64,000 bases of DNA from a virus. The stretch spans positions 5,129-69,128 of the IMG/VR virus record IMGVR_UViG_3300025577_000001. One strand, written 5' to 3'. Position 1 is the first letter of the stretch. Each line of letters begins with the position of its first letter. Shown one piece after another: positions 47,677 to 56,378 of this stretch. The notes under the pieces were generated by a model that was not told the origin of the DNA, ran no database searches, and saw only the letters and a program-made list of their open reading frames with translations. A program made the translations under genes and the position numbers.

Positions 47677-49344
47677 TTAATCGCCACGTTTTTTCATGTT
47701 CTTCGCCGCGTTCACATCGGCATTTTGCTTCACCAAGTGTAGGCCACATTTACTATTCAGGCAAAAGAAAGTGTCTTGCTTAGCGCGATCGCCTTTCTCG
47801 CTGCAAGCATGGCATTCTTTGGACGAGTTACGCGGCTCAATATCGGCCCAGTTCTTGCGAGCACCGCTCAGGCGCTGCTTTGTTTTGGCCTTAAGATCGC
47901 CCATGCAAGTATGCCGCATCGCGTAGTTTAGCCCGGTCTTAGCTGCTGCTCCGTTTGACTCCCAATGCGAGCCGTCTGCTGATAGCTTAGGGTCTACGCC
48001 TTTACTGAGATTGCCAAGCTGTGTATTTTCCCAATACAGAGCATCATAGGTGCGGGCCAATCGGGTAGCGAGCTTATGATTGAACATGTTGCTAGAGTTC
48101 GCGCCGCGTTCGTGGAGCCGCGCGATTTTACGTTGCAACTTAGCTTCGTTCTTTGTGGCCTCACGCTTGCCCATGCGCCACGATAAGCCAAGCCTTCGAT
48201 CATTGGCTTCCCTCATCCCATCAAGCCTAGATTGCCATGACTCGATATGTACAGCAATCCGTCCGCGTGAAGCATTCGGGTTAAACAAAGCGCCATTGTC
48301 TAGCGCAACAATCTTCTTAACGCCTGGATCTACGCCTGCTCTATGGCCAGTCAGCTTTGATGCAGGAGATGCTAGGTATTGGTCAATCTCAATTTGCATT
48401 TTTAGCTCATCGAGTGCAGACACTGCTGCTTGATAATCTGCTGATGCGTCTAAGGCTGCTTGCTGAGCGGCTTTCCCTTTGATGCCTTTCTTGGCGGCTG
48501 CACTAGCTTTGTTGCGTCGGGAGGTCAGCACGGGCTTTAGCGCTTCTGATGGCGTTGCTGCCGAGATACACAGATACCAGCCGCTAGGTTTTTCGGCAAG
48601 CTTAGATGAACGCGGAACAAAGTTGCCTAACCGCTTTTGCCAAGAACGATCGCACGGAGTTACCTGCATCCCGCACATCTCAAAGATGCCGTTTTTTAAC
48701 TTTGGCGGCGTCTGCGCATTGCTGAAAGTAGAAACGGTATTCTGTCGCCCGTCCTTGAACCTTGGTTGATGCCGCGCAGTCAGCTTTGCGTCCTTGTACG
48801 CGTCCCACGAAGCCGCAAAATCTTTGATTAATCCGCCAATGAAATCAGAATGACAGCTTATTTCGCTGAGTCCTTCAGCCGCTCTCACAGACGACAGCCA
48901 GCCTTTTGCGTCAAGATTTTCGGGGCGCTTTAGTTCTCTGCCGTGGAGATTAATGTATTCATGAGCTACGGGCGCGATCGCTTCATAAGGCCGATCGCCT
49001 TTTACAAGCTTCGAGCCATGCTTAAAGCGTTCTTCCCAGGTGCCGCCTTTATTGATGCGATAGGCCAGCGTAACAGTTTCATCTTTCGCCCAATATGGCC
49101 CACCTGTAGCAATCTGGCAGGCTGCGCCAGACCATGCATTTCGCCTGTTAAACCTAAGCGGTGCCAGAATGCAGCCATCAAGGCTTACGCCATTCTTTGC
49201 GGCCCACTTGTACCAGTCAAGACAATGATTGTGCAGTGCGACCCATCGGCATTTGTTCCACAGCCATTCAAGCTCTTGTCGCTGGCCAGGGATTTGGCGC
49301 AGTGATTCAGCATCTAGAGCGACTTTTATTTTTACAGTTTTCAC
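47677..49344 (-). CDS. Type V CRISPR effector, TnpB-derived, C2c8 (V-U2)-like, ~555 aa
   Basis: RuvC-I GVDPG, RuvC-II YWENTQ, Zn finger CHAC...CLNSKC, RuvC-III NADVNAAKN, HQPRFK; adjacent co-oriented array; probable GTG start at 49344 after an AAGGA RBS. Confidence 0.85.
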   Translation of the reverse strand: MKTVKIKVALDAESLRQIPGQRQELEWLWNKCRWVALHNHCLDWYKWAAKNGVSLDGCILAPLRFNRRNAWSGAACQIATGGPYWAKDETVTLAYRINKGGTWEERFKHGSKLVKGDRPYEAIAPVAHEYINLHGRELKRPENLDAKGWLSSVRAAEGLSEISCHSDFIGGLIKDFAASWDAYKDAKLTARHQPRFKDGRQNTVSTFSNAQTPPKLKNGIFEMCGMQVTPCDRSWQKRLGNFVPRSSKLAEKPSGWYLCISAATPSEALKPVLTSRRNKASAAAKKGIKGKAAQQAALDASADYQAAVSALDELKMQIEIDQYLASPASKLTGHRAGVDPGVKKIVALDNGALFNPNASRGRIAVHIESWQSRLDGMREANDRRLGLSWRMGKREATKNEAKLQRKIARLHERGANSSNMFNHKLATRLARTYDALYWENTQLGNLSKGVDPKLSADGSHWESNGAAAKTGLNYAMRHTCMGDLKAKTKQRLSGARKNWADIEPRNSSKECHACSEKGDRAKQDTFFCLNSKCGLHLVKQNADVNAAKNMKKRGD

Positions 49345-49374
49345 AGCTCTAGGTTCCTTTTCGTTTGTGTGAAT

Positions 49375-49412
49375 AGCATAGCAAAACATAGCGCGGTCTG
49401 TAAACGAGTTTT
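49375..49412 (-). promoter_or_regulatory. Promoter of the cas gene (AAAACTCGTTTACA box)
   Basis: TTTACA-18nt-TATGCT on the minus strand. Confidence 0.6.
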
Positions 49413-49445
49413 ATCGCGCGCCCTCGCTATTGCCTCATCGCCGAC

Positions 49446-49682
49446 GCTCAACTGTCTACTGTCCACTGGCACCCGCCGCGCCCCTGTCAACGATATTCAA
49501 AAGGCGATTCTGTGACGGCTTATCGAGTGCTGAATGAGAGGGCGAAAAAGACAACAGAATCTTATATATCTCTATTATAAGGATCTGTTGTCTTTTTCAT
49601 TTGTTGTCTTTTTGCCCTTAAAGGCTTATCGTGTATAGCTTTCAGCCGTCGAAGTCGCAAAATCGCGATCTGTTGTCTTTTA
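49446..49682. repeat. Dispersed origin-like element, copy 5
   Basis: Same flank, boxes and AT core as copies 3 and 4. Confidence 0.9.
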
Positions 49683-49741
49683 AACGATCAGCCCGCTGAA
49701 ATTACCAAGTCAATCGGCATTTTGAGCGGGCTGATTGTGTC

Positions 49742-49918
49742 TTATTTTGAGTGTCGAACGAGCTTGAGAATCTGCTGAATTTGCTCAACTGTCACACTCG
49801 ATTCTGCGCGTTTTGTGATGGTCGTCTGCGATGGCGGCGTCACTGAAAATGAAATTGCGACGGTCGCGGCGGCGACAATCGCGACGATTATGATTTTAGT
49901 GACGTGGCGTTTTAGCAT
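49742..49918 (-). CDS. Small single-TM protein
   Basis: MLKRHVTKIIIVAIVAAATVAISF, directly after the lysin-like gene. Confidence 0.45.
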   Translation of the reverse strand: MLKRHVTKIIIVAIVAAATVAISFSVTPPSQTTITKRAESSVTVEQIQQILKLVRHSK

Positions 49919-49919
49919 T

Positions 49920-50897
49920 TCAATAGCCCCATTTAGAAGCGGCAAAGTCATCACCATCGATGATAATTGTGCCAAATCTAAAATTCCTATCTCTGAGGTA
50001 TCGAGGATCGAGCTTGAGTAAACGCATAAATTCTAGATGGTCATCCATGCGTTCGGCGACTAAGCAGCCCGCGCTAGAGATGCCGATGCGTCCGTTATAG
50101 GTATAGGGCCCATGTTGATTCACAGCGAATAGGCCCGTGTCTAATGCGTCGCCCGTGCGGCTGAAGTCTTTGTTCTTATCGCGATGGCCTGTGATTGGGC
50201 CAATCTGGCGCAGGGCACTATGCGCGTCGCGCCCGTGCGTATCGATATACCAGGCGCTTTTATGCTCGCCAAAGGCAATGCGAAACGCGCCCTTATCGTT
50301 CATTGGTGAGTAGGTATATTTATCGCCCGGCTCAGTCGTCGCCGACATGGGGAACCGGCTATTTACGAAATACGGCGCGCGGGCTTCGTCGAAGCTTAAT
50401 AGGATGCGTTGGTCATTCCATTCGTTAGGGCGATCGGCATTGGGTTTGCCGTATCGATCAACGCCCTCTATATATATGATGTTTCTTTCACGCAGGCCGC
50501 TGGCGAGGCTATAGCCTTTATCCATGCAATAGCGAGCGATACGGCTAGGGAAATCCATAGACAATCGCCAGTCATCAGGATACGCCGCCGCGCCTGCGTC
50601 ATCGCCTGATGCTTTGGCATCTTCAATCAATTCGACACTAGGCCCGTACACAAAGCCGCGTGAGAATCCTGGTTGCCCTGTCGCTGGATTTTTGCCGCCT
50701 TTAGAGGCAATAGCGCCGACCGGCGCAGCCAGGACTAAATATAAGTGCGAGCCGTCCGCTTCATGCCAGATTATCTCGACCTCAGTGCCCGCTTTGATGA
50801 CGCGCATCTGATCGGCGTGGCCGTCTTCCGTTAGCTTGGCTGATTGCTCAGGCCAGGGTTTTAGCGTGGTGTCTACGAGTGCTTTTATTTTGGTCAT
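49920..50897 (-). CDS. Putative endolysin (L,D-transpeptidase-like Cys/His fold) with N-terminal binding domain
   Basis: NIIYIEG, NEWNDQR, ATTEPG, GLFAVNQH, SAGCLV. Confidence 0.6.
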   Translation of the reverse strand: MTKIKALVDTTLKPWPEQSAKLTEDGHADQMRVIKAGTEVEIIWHEADGSHLYLVLAAPVGAIASKGGKNPATGQPGFSRGFVYGPSVELIEDAKASGDDAGAAAYPDDWRLSMDFPSRIARYCMDKGYSLASGLRERNIIYIEGVDRYGKPNADRPNEWNDQRILLSFDEARAPYFVNSRFPMSATTEPGDKYTYSPMNDKGAFRIAFGEHKSAWYIDTHGRDAHSALRQIGPITGHRDKNKDFSRTGDALDTGLFAVNQHGPYTYNGRIGISSAGCLVAERMDDHLEFMRLLKLDPRYLRDRNFRFGTIIIDGDDFAASKWGY

Positions 50898-51071
50898 GGG
50901 GGAATCCTTTACTAGGTACAAGAAAGCCCGCTCAATAATTATTGAGCGGGCTTAGGAAAGTTGTATTGAGTGGTCGTGATTAGTCGTCTATGTCCTTGAC
51001 GGCTGATACAGCTAGTGCACCGACGACCACGCCGCTTAGCATCCCAAGGGAAAAGCCTGCCACAAATATAA

Positions 51072-51305
51072 TCACTGGGGATCCTCATACTGGCTATAGT
51101 CGTCGGCCAAGGCGTCGAAGCCTTCCGCCCATGCGTCCAGCTCGCCATAGAGAGCCTCTAGGTCGCTGCGTAGTTGCGCGCGTAGCATTTCTTGGCCGAT
51201 GCCGAAGCCAAGCGTAAAAGCTAGCCCTAGCGATGCCACGACTAACCCGAAACGTCTCAGCTTTGGCGCGCGTTCCTTAGTCTCAGATGTTTTAGTCTCG
51301 TTCAT
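51072..51305 (-). CDS. Small membrane protein
   Basis: GAGG RBS, one TM segment. Confidence 0.55.
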   Translation of the reverse strand: MNETKTSETKERAPKLRRFGLVVASLGLAFTLGFGIGQEMLRAQLRSDLEALYGELDAWAEGFDALADDYSQYEDPQ

Positions 51306-51364
51306 GATTTTCCTCGTTTTTACAATATTTGAATATGCCGGGAAGGCCCGGCAATAGCGATCGC

Positions 51365-51649
51365 TTATTCGGTGATGTCGACGCCAATCGTGAAGCGATT
51401 AACGCTCGCTACTTTTAGGGTGCAGCCGTAAGTATCATTACGTCGCCGCACGCGGCGGATGGCCATGTCTGCGTAACTTCTAACGTCAGTCGTGCGGCAA
51501 CCTGAAATGGTATACACAGCCCTTAGCCCGCATAAAAGCTCTACATCGTCGTGCTTTTCAACGTCTAACCCTAGAGACGCGATGATAGTAGAAACAGCGT
51601 CATCTAAGGCGGCTGCGGCGTATTGGATTGATTTAGTTTGAGTCGTCAT
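51365..51649 (-). CDS. Hypothetical protein
   Basis: AAGGA RBS. Confidence 0.6.
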   Translation of the reverse strand: MTTQTKSIQYAAAALDDAVSTIIASLGLDVEKHDDVELLCGLRAVYTISGCRTTDVRSYADMAIRRVRRRNDTYGCTLKVASVNRFTIGVDITE

Positions 51650-51682
51650 TATCTGTAATTCCTTTTATTAGTTTTCTTTTAC

Positions 51683-51907
51683 TTAACCCAGCGTCCACAG
51701 AACGATCCCGTAGCATGACCAGACGCGGAAGGGTCCGACGCCGCGCGACGATGCAAACGCTTCGTCGTAGCCCTGGCTTATCGCGTAGTCTCTGCACTCT
51801 TCGGCTGAGGAATTGCGGGCGCTGTAAAGAAAGTCGCTATAGCCAGCAGCCTTAACGGGCGCGGCAATAGCAGTAGTCAGAAGGACGGCGGTAAGTAGGG
51901 TTCTCAT
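51683..51907 (-). CDS. Small exported protein
   Basis: Signal peptide MRTLLTAVLLTTAIAAPVKA, two Cys. Confidence 0.6.
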   Translation of the reverse strand: MRTLLTAVLLTTAIAAPVKAAGYSDFLYSARNSSAEECRDYAISQGYDEAFASSRGVGPFRVWSCYGIVLWTLG

Positions 51908-51969
51908 GGTTGGTGGCTGGGGATCAGGGTTGGGCTGTGGAAGTAGCGCCCCTTTCGGGGCGCGGGGGG

Positions 51970-52122
51970 TTAGGCCCGGTTCTTCAGCTTGGCTACGGTG
52001 GCCTTCATCTCAGCCAGTGCTTTGTCGGTCGCCTTGCCCTGAGCAAGCACCGCCAGGACCAGTGCCTTCATCTCGCTGTCGTCAGTAGTGGCAGTAGCAG
52101 CGGCGGCGGTGGAGTTAGTCAT
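51970..52122 (-). CDS. 50-aa Ala-rich peptide
   Basis: Manual translation MTNSTAAAATATTDDSEMKALVLAVLAQGKATDKALAEMKATVAKLKNRA; GAGG RBS; promoter TTTACA-18nt-TATAGT. Confidence 0.6.
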   Translation of the reverse strand: MTNSTAAAATATTDDSEMKALVLAVLAQGKATDKALAEMKATVAKLKNRA

Positions 52123-52208
52123 GTTGTGTTCCTCGTGTGTATATAAACACTATAACCTACTATCTGCCAAAATGTAAAGGGGTTTTAGATTTATTTCTAA
52201 AATTAGTT

Positions 52209-54092
52209 TTAGAAACTAGCAGAGAGCTGTGACTGAGAGAACTTTCGCCATTGTTGATTGAGTGCCTGAGTAACCTTTTGAGTGATTTCGTCGGCTGACT
52301 GTTGCGCGCCGTTGATGTTGATCGTGACGTTCATGCCGCCGCGTGGGGCATTGAGTGCGCTAAGTAGCCCGGCCTGCTGACTGCGATTAAAGATGGCCTC
52401 TGTGTCGTTGGCGACGACGAGGTTAGCGCCAGGCGCGGCTGAACGCTCTCTATCCATTGCGTCGAACAGGCCCATCTGGTCTAGGCCGCTGGCCTTGTTG
52501 GGCGTGGTGCGACGGCCTGTAAAACCGCTGGGGCCATCGCTGCCATTAAATATTGAGAGCATAGCGGCGATGCGATCTTTTAGTGCTCTGAAGAGGCTAG
52601 CGATCTGGTCGGCGACGCTAGCCATTACAGATTGCAAGGTGCCGCCGCGTGATATCCAGAAGTTCTTGATACCGATGAATATGCCGGTTACCGTCACGAC
52701 GACGGCGGCAATAGCACCGATGATGGGCGCGCTAACGCCGACGATAGAAGCGCCGATGACTGCTATTGCTGCCATGCCTGCAAGCCTTAGTCCCTTGAAC
52801 CACATCATCGCTAATGCGCCATAGTCAACGTTGGCCATTGCCGTGCCGATTGCATAGATGCCGACCATGCCCAGCTTGAGGAACGCATTGCCGATGGCAA
52901 GGAAGTCAATGTTTCTGATAAAGCTGACTATTCCGTCAATGGCGGCGGCAATGCCAAGTCCTAAGCGATTGCCAATGACAGTGACGTCCATACTATTGAT
53001 AGCGCTCGATAGTCGGTCAAATAAGCCGCCTGCAAAAGCGCCGATACTGGATGTTATTTTCCCAAGGTCAAAATCAACTGGGTCAATCACACCTCTTACA
53101 ATTTTGGCGCGAAACGTATTGAGGAATGAATTAAGGCCGACTAACCATCCGGTCACGGCGTCTAAGCCGTCGATAATCATTGCCGCCGGATCGGCGGATA
53201 GTCCTAATGTCTCAGCCAGCTGGCTTATCTCATAGAAAAGCCCGCCAGGCCCGATCAGCTTTTTGATAGTGCCCGCCGCCGCGTCCATTACGCTTCGCCC
53301 GTCAATCTCACGCATGAACCCGAATAGGCCCGATGTGGGGTCGAACATTGACGACTTGAAGCCGTCAATCATGCCGCCGACGCTATTGGAGGAGGCTTGG
53401 ATCATCTCGTCAGACACCTCTAGCGCCGTCTGAGCCAGGTCTAAGATCTCTTTAGACGTCATGTCTTTGAGTTCTATACCTTGCGTTTCAAGATGGCCTT
53501 TGATGACGCTCAAGGATGCCTTGTTGCGCTCCCAGAAATCGAGACGCGCTAGCTCAGCTATTGACGTTTGCCCGCCTAACAGTTTGGCGATAGCGCGCCC
53601 TGATTCTGAGATCGTGACGCCTGCGGCATCGGCGCGAATACCGGCGCTGATACTCAGCTTATCTAGGCTAGCTGCCATAGCATCTTGGTCTAAGACGCCA
53701 TCTAAGCTCATAAAGCTTGGGATTAATTCATCGGTCAATGACTTACCGATGCCGATATAGCCCTCTGTGACGCCTGGTAGAGACGCCGCCGCGTTGGCCA
53801 TGCGGATACTAAAGGCGTCAATAAATCCGCCTGCCTCGTCAAAGCTGACTCCGGATAATTTGGCAAAGTCGTCAGCCGTGCTGATATTGCCTTGAATAAT
53901 ATCGGCGCTTTCGCCAAATGCATTGACTAAACCACCCACTGCGCCCGTGACCGCGCTGAGCGCTGTCGTTAAGCCCGTGGCCATCAGGTTACCAAGCGCT
54001 ACGTTATTGCGGATGGATGCGCCGATGTTATTAAACGATCTGATCGCCTCGTCGCCATCGACTTTGATTTTGGCGGAAATTAAATTTGGCAT
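52209..54092 (-). CDS. Tape measure protein
   Basis: Long Ala/Gly/Ile-rich helical protein downstream of the tail chaperones. Confidence 0.8.
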   Translation of the reverse strand: MPNLISAKIKVDGDEAIRSFNNIGASIRNNVALGNLMATGLTTALSAVTGAVGGLVNAFGESADIIQGNISTADDFAKLSGVSFDEAGGFIDAFSIRMANAAASLPGVTEGYIGIGKSLTDELIPSFMSLDGVLDQDAMAASLDKLSISAGIRADAAGVTISESGRAIAKLLGGQTSIAELARLDFWERNKASLSVIKGHLETQGIELKDMTSKEILDLAQTALEVSDEMIQASSNSVGGMIDGFKSSMFDPTSGLFGFMREIDGRSVMDAAAGTIKKLIGPGGLFYEISQLAETLGLSADPAAMIIDGLDAVTGWLVGLNSFLNTFRAKIVRGVIDPVDFDLGKITSSIGAFAGGLFDRLSSAINSMDVTVIGNRLGLGIAAAIDGIVSFIRNIDFLAIGNAFLKLGMVGIYAIGTAMANVDYGALAMMWFKGLRLAGMAAIAVIGASIVGVSAPIIGAIAAVVVTVTGIFIGIKNFWISRGGTLQSVMASVADQIASLFRALKDRIAAMLSIFNGSDGPSGFTGRRTTPNKASGLDQMGLFDAMDRERSAAPGANLVVANDTEAIFNRSQQAGLLSALNAPRGGMNVTININGAQQSADEITQKVTQALNQQWRKFSQSQLSASF

Positions 54093-54175
54093 CTTTTACC
54101 GACTTTGAGAGGCGTACAAAAAAACACCCGCTCAGGATATCCTGAGCGGGTGCGGGTGAGAGAACATTAGATAGG

Positions 54176-54610
54176 TTAAGCGCGATATATTTGGCCCTTG
54201 TGCCTAGCTTCGCCGTCGCCCTTGATGGCAGGCGGATCATAGTTAAGGCGTGCCTCAATGAATTCCCGCAGGTATAGCCGATCGCCATCCATGCCGAAAC
54301 AGAACCAAGCCGCACCGCGTGCGATGGATTCATTACGCGAGACGATGCGCGCGAGATGGTAGCAGCCTGGTTCGTCCCTATAAGGATTCTCAGCCCATAG
54401 ATAATAGATAAGGTTTGACGCGTCGCGCTCAGGGCTATATCCAGGCTCGCCTAGTAATTCCATAGCATGATCGTATGGCAATCCGTCAAGGCACTGACGC
54501 TCTGTAAGGCTTATCGCTAGCTCGTATATTTCGTCAGCGTCTTGTTCAAACTTTGACTTTTTCTTTTTCGTTTGGACGATAAACGGGCGCTTCGCTGTTT
54601 TGGTAGCCAT
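54176..54610 (-). CDS. Hypothetical protein inserted before the tape measure gene
   Basis: AAGGA RBS; followed by a palindrome at 54125-54152. Confidence 0.6.
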   Translation of the reverse strand: MATKTAKRPFIVQTKKKKSKFEQDADEIYELAISLTERQCLDGLPYDHAMELLGEPGYSPERDASNLIYYLWAENPYRDEPGCYHLARIVSRNESIARGAAWFCFGMDGDRLYLREFIEARLNYDPPAIKGDGEARHKGQIYRA

Positions 54611-54647
54611 CTGAGTTTCCTTTTTCGTTTTTTAGATTTTAGCTCAA

Positions 54648-54884
54648 TTATTTTCTAGCCGCGTCTGCTGCCTTAGCTTTGGCGCGGGCGACATCTTCAA
54701 ACACTTCTTTATGGAAAAAGAATTCAGAGATAGGTAGATCGAGCATGGCCAGATATCCGGTTGTAAACTGACCGCCGCAAATATGGGCGGCTATCTCATA
54801 AAGTGAGCGCGCGCGGAATGCGCGATCGGCAACTGAGAAGATGACATCATGCGAGTCCGAGTTTTTTGAGACGCTTAGTGACAT
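54648..54884 (-). CDS. Tail assembly chaperone, downstream part (gpT/gpE'-like)
   Basis: Overlaps the chaperone 3' end; MLDLPISEF motif. Confidence 0.6.
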   Translation of the reverse strand: MSLSVSKNSDSHDVIFSVADRAFRARSLYEIAAHICGGQFTTGYLAMLDLPISEFFFHKEVFEDVARAKAKAADAARK

Positions 54885-55308
54885 TTGGAAAGCAGGCGAA
54901 TGCCGCTCCGACCCTCGCTATGTCCTCATCTTCTAAGTAATCCATGAAGCCGTCAAAATCTGGCTTCGGTGCGTCCAAGTTCTCAGGATCTTCCCACGTG
55001 GCAATCATGGCATGAGTAAGACGATAAGCCCCCATCACGCCGCCCTGGTCGCGATCAGCACTTAGCGCGCTGACCATATACACAAAATCTTTAGCCTTCG
55101 GTTCCTTGAGCGTGACGAATGCGCCGCGCTCAAGCTGGAAAGATGCAATGCCCGACTGTTCATCAAACTGTAATTCGACAATATCGATAGGCTGATCGTC
55201 GGGCGCAGCGTCAGCGGCATTAACATCAGATGCCGGGCTATTGCCTTCAGCTTTTTCAGGTGCCGGGCTATTGCCGAAACCGCTTTTGCTTACCTGTCTT
55301 ACAGCCAT
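54847..55308 (-). CDS. Tail assembly chaperone
   Basis: VTLKEPKAKD...LEDEDIARV; between tube and tape measure. Confidence 0.7.
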   Translation of the reverse strand: MAVRQVSKSGFGNSPAPEKAEGNSPASDVNAADAAPDDQPIDIVELQFDEQSGIASFQLERGAFVTLKEPKAKDFVYMVSALSADRDQGGVMGAYRLTHAMIATWEDPENLDAPKPDFDGFMDYLEDEDIARVGAAFACFPNVTKRLKKLGLA

Positions 55309-55347
55309 ATCGATAAATCCTATTTACTTCGTTTTACTTTGTCTATT

Positions 55348-55761
55348 CTATACCTTGGCGTCAACGTTTGTGCCGGGCGGCAATAGCTTGCGCGCAATAG
55401 CTTCGCCTTGTGCGATGGCGTCGGCAGGTAGCTGAGTAAATTCAGTCAGCGCAAACTTACGCTCAGACCAATACTTCATGGCCGCCGCCGTGTGAGCTTT
55501 GGCATCTTTTTCGCTAAGCCCTTGGCCGCTCCAAAATGCATAGGCCGCATCGGCGACCATGCCGAGCAACGTATCATCTGGGATTACATCAGAAGCAATG
55601 CGCACATAGGTATTAATGGCAGGGTAAGACTTTTTGATTTTGCTAAGTGCGGGCAACGTCATCAGGCGGCCAGCCAGGCTTAGATAGATGTAAGGCGACG
55701 CGCCGACTAACGCGGCGACAAGAGATAGAACGATAGGGTTGGATGTGAGAGTGTCAATCAT
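55348..55761 (-). CDS. Hypothetical protein with N-terminal TM segment
   Basis: 137-aa ORF. Confidence 0.55.
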   Translation of the reverse strand: MIDTLTSNPIVLSLVAALVGASPYIYLSLAGRLMTLPALSKIKKSYPAINTYVRIASDVIPDDTLLGMVADAAYAFWSGQGLSEKDAKAHTAAAMKYWSERKFALTEFTQLPADAIAQGEAIARKLLPPGTNVDAKV

Positions 55762-55815
55762 GATGAGATAGTGAGGATGATAGGACGTCTATTAGAGATA
55801 GCGCAGCGTTAAGCC

Positions 55816-56268
55816 TTAGCCCCAGGCTGCTTGCTCGACTGTAAATTCAAGGCTTAGCATTACGACGTTGTTACCGTCTGCTGTGTTAATCTCGAATGTT
55901 TCAAATGTTTCGATACGGCAGCCAGACAGTCGCCATGCCTTAGTGCCGCGCCGCGTAATGCCGCCGCAGCGTGTGACCGGGCGCGCTGTGATGTCTGCGG
56001 TATCGAGTGAGCAACGCATACGATCAGCCCAGTCGACAACGTCGCCGTCTTTGTCGGGGTCAAAGCTGCGCTTACACGTAACGTTTTGATATTCAGTTGC
56101 GCCGCTGCCTGCTTTGCGTTTGATGTTCGTTAAGCCATCGCTATAAGTCGGGCGCGTCGTCTTTATTTTTACGCCGCTAAAATCTGAGAAATAACCAGTC
56201 AGGCCGTCAATGGTGATCAGCCCGTCTGCGTTCGTCATGGGGCTGCGATCCTCTAACCGAATTGTCAT
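55816..56268 (-). CDS. Tail tube protein (T4 gp19-like)
   Basis: FSDFSG, YQNVTCKRSFD, W.LSGC, MLSLEFTVE; AGGAG RBS before ATG 56268; follows the sheath gene. Confidence 0.82.
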   Translation of the reverse strand: MTIRLEDRSPMTNADGLITIDGLTGYFSDFSGVKIKTTRPTYSDGLTNIKRKAGSGATEYQNVTCKRSFDPDKDGDVVDWADRMRCSLDTADITARPVTRCGGITRRGTKAWRLSGCRIETFETFEINTADGNNVVMLSLEFTVEQAAWG

Positions 56269-56378
56269 GTGTCTACTCCTAAAAAATGCCAACAAAAAAC
56301 CGCTCAGTCGGTAAGGGCTGAGCGGGAAGCTAGGAAAAAGGAGAGCTGCGCACCCTCCCATCCTATCAAATAAAAAGC

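Noticed and set aside
47677-49389. IS200/IS605 transposon interpretation of the TnpB-like gene
   Set aside because: No TnpA or serine recombinase and no recognisable IS ends; the protein is enlarged and sits beside a leader and array
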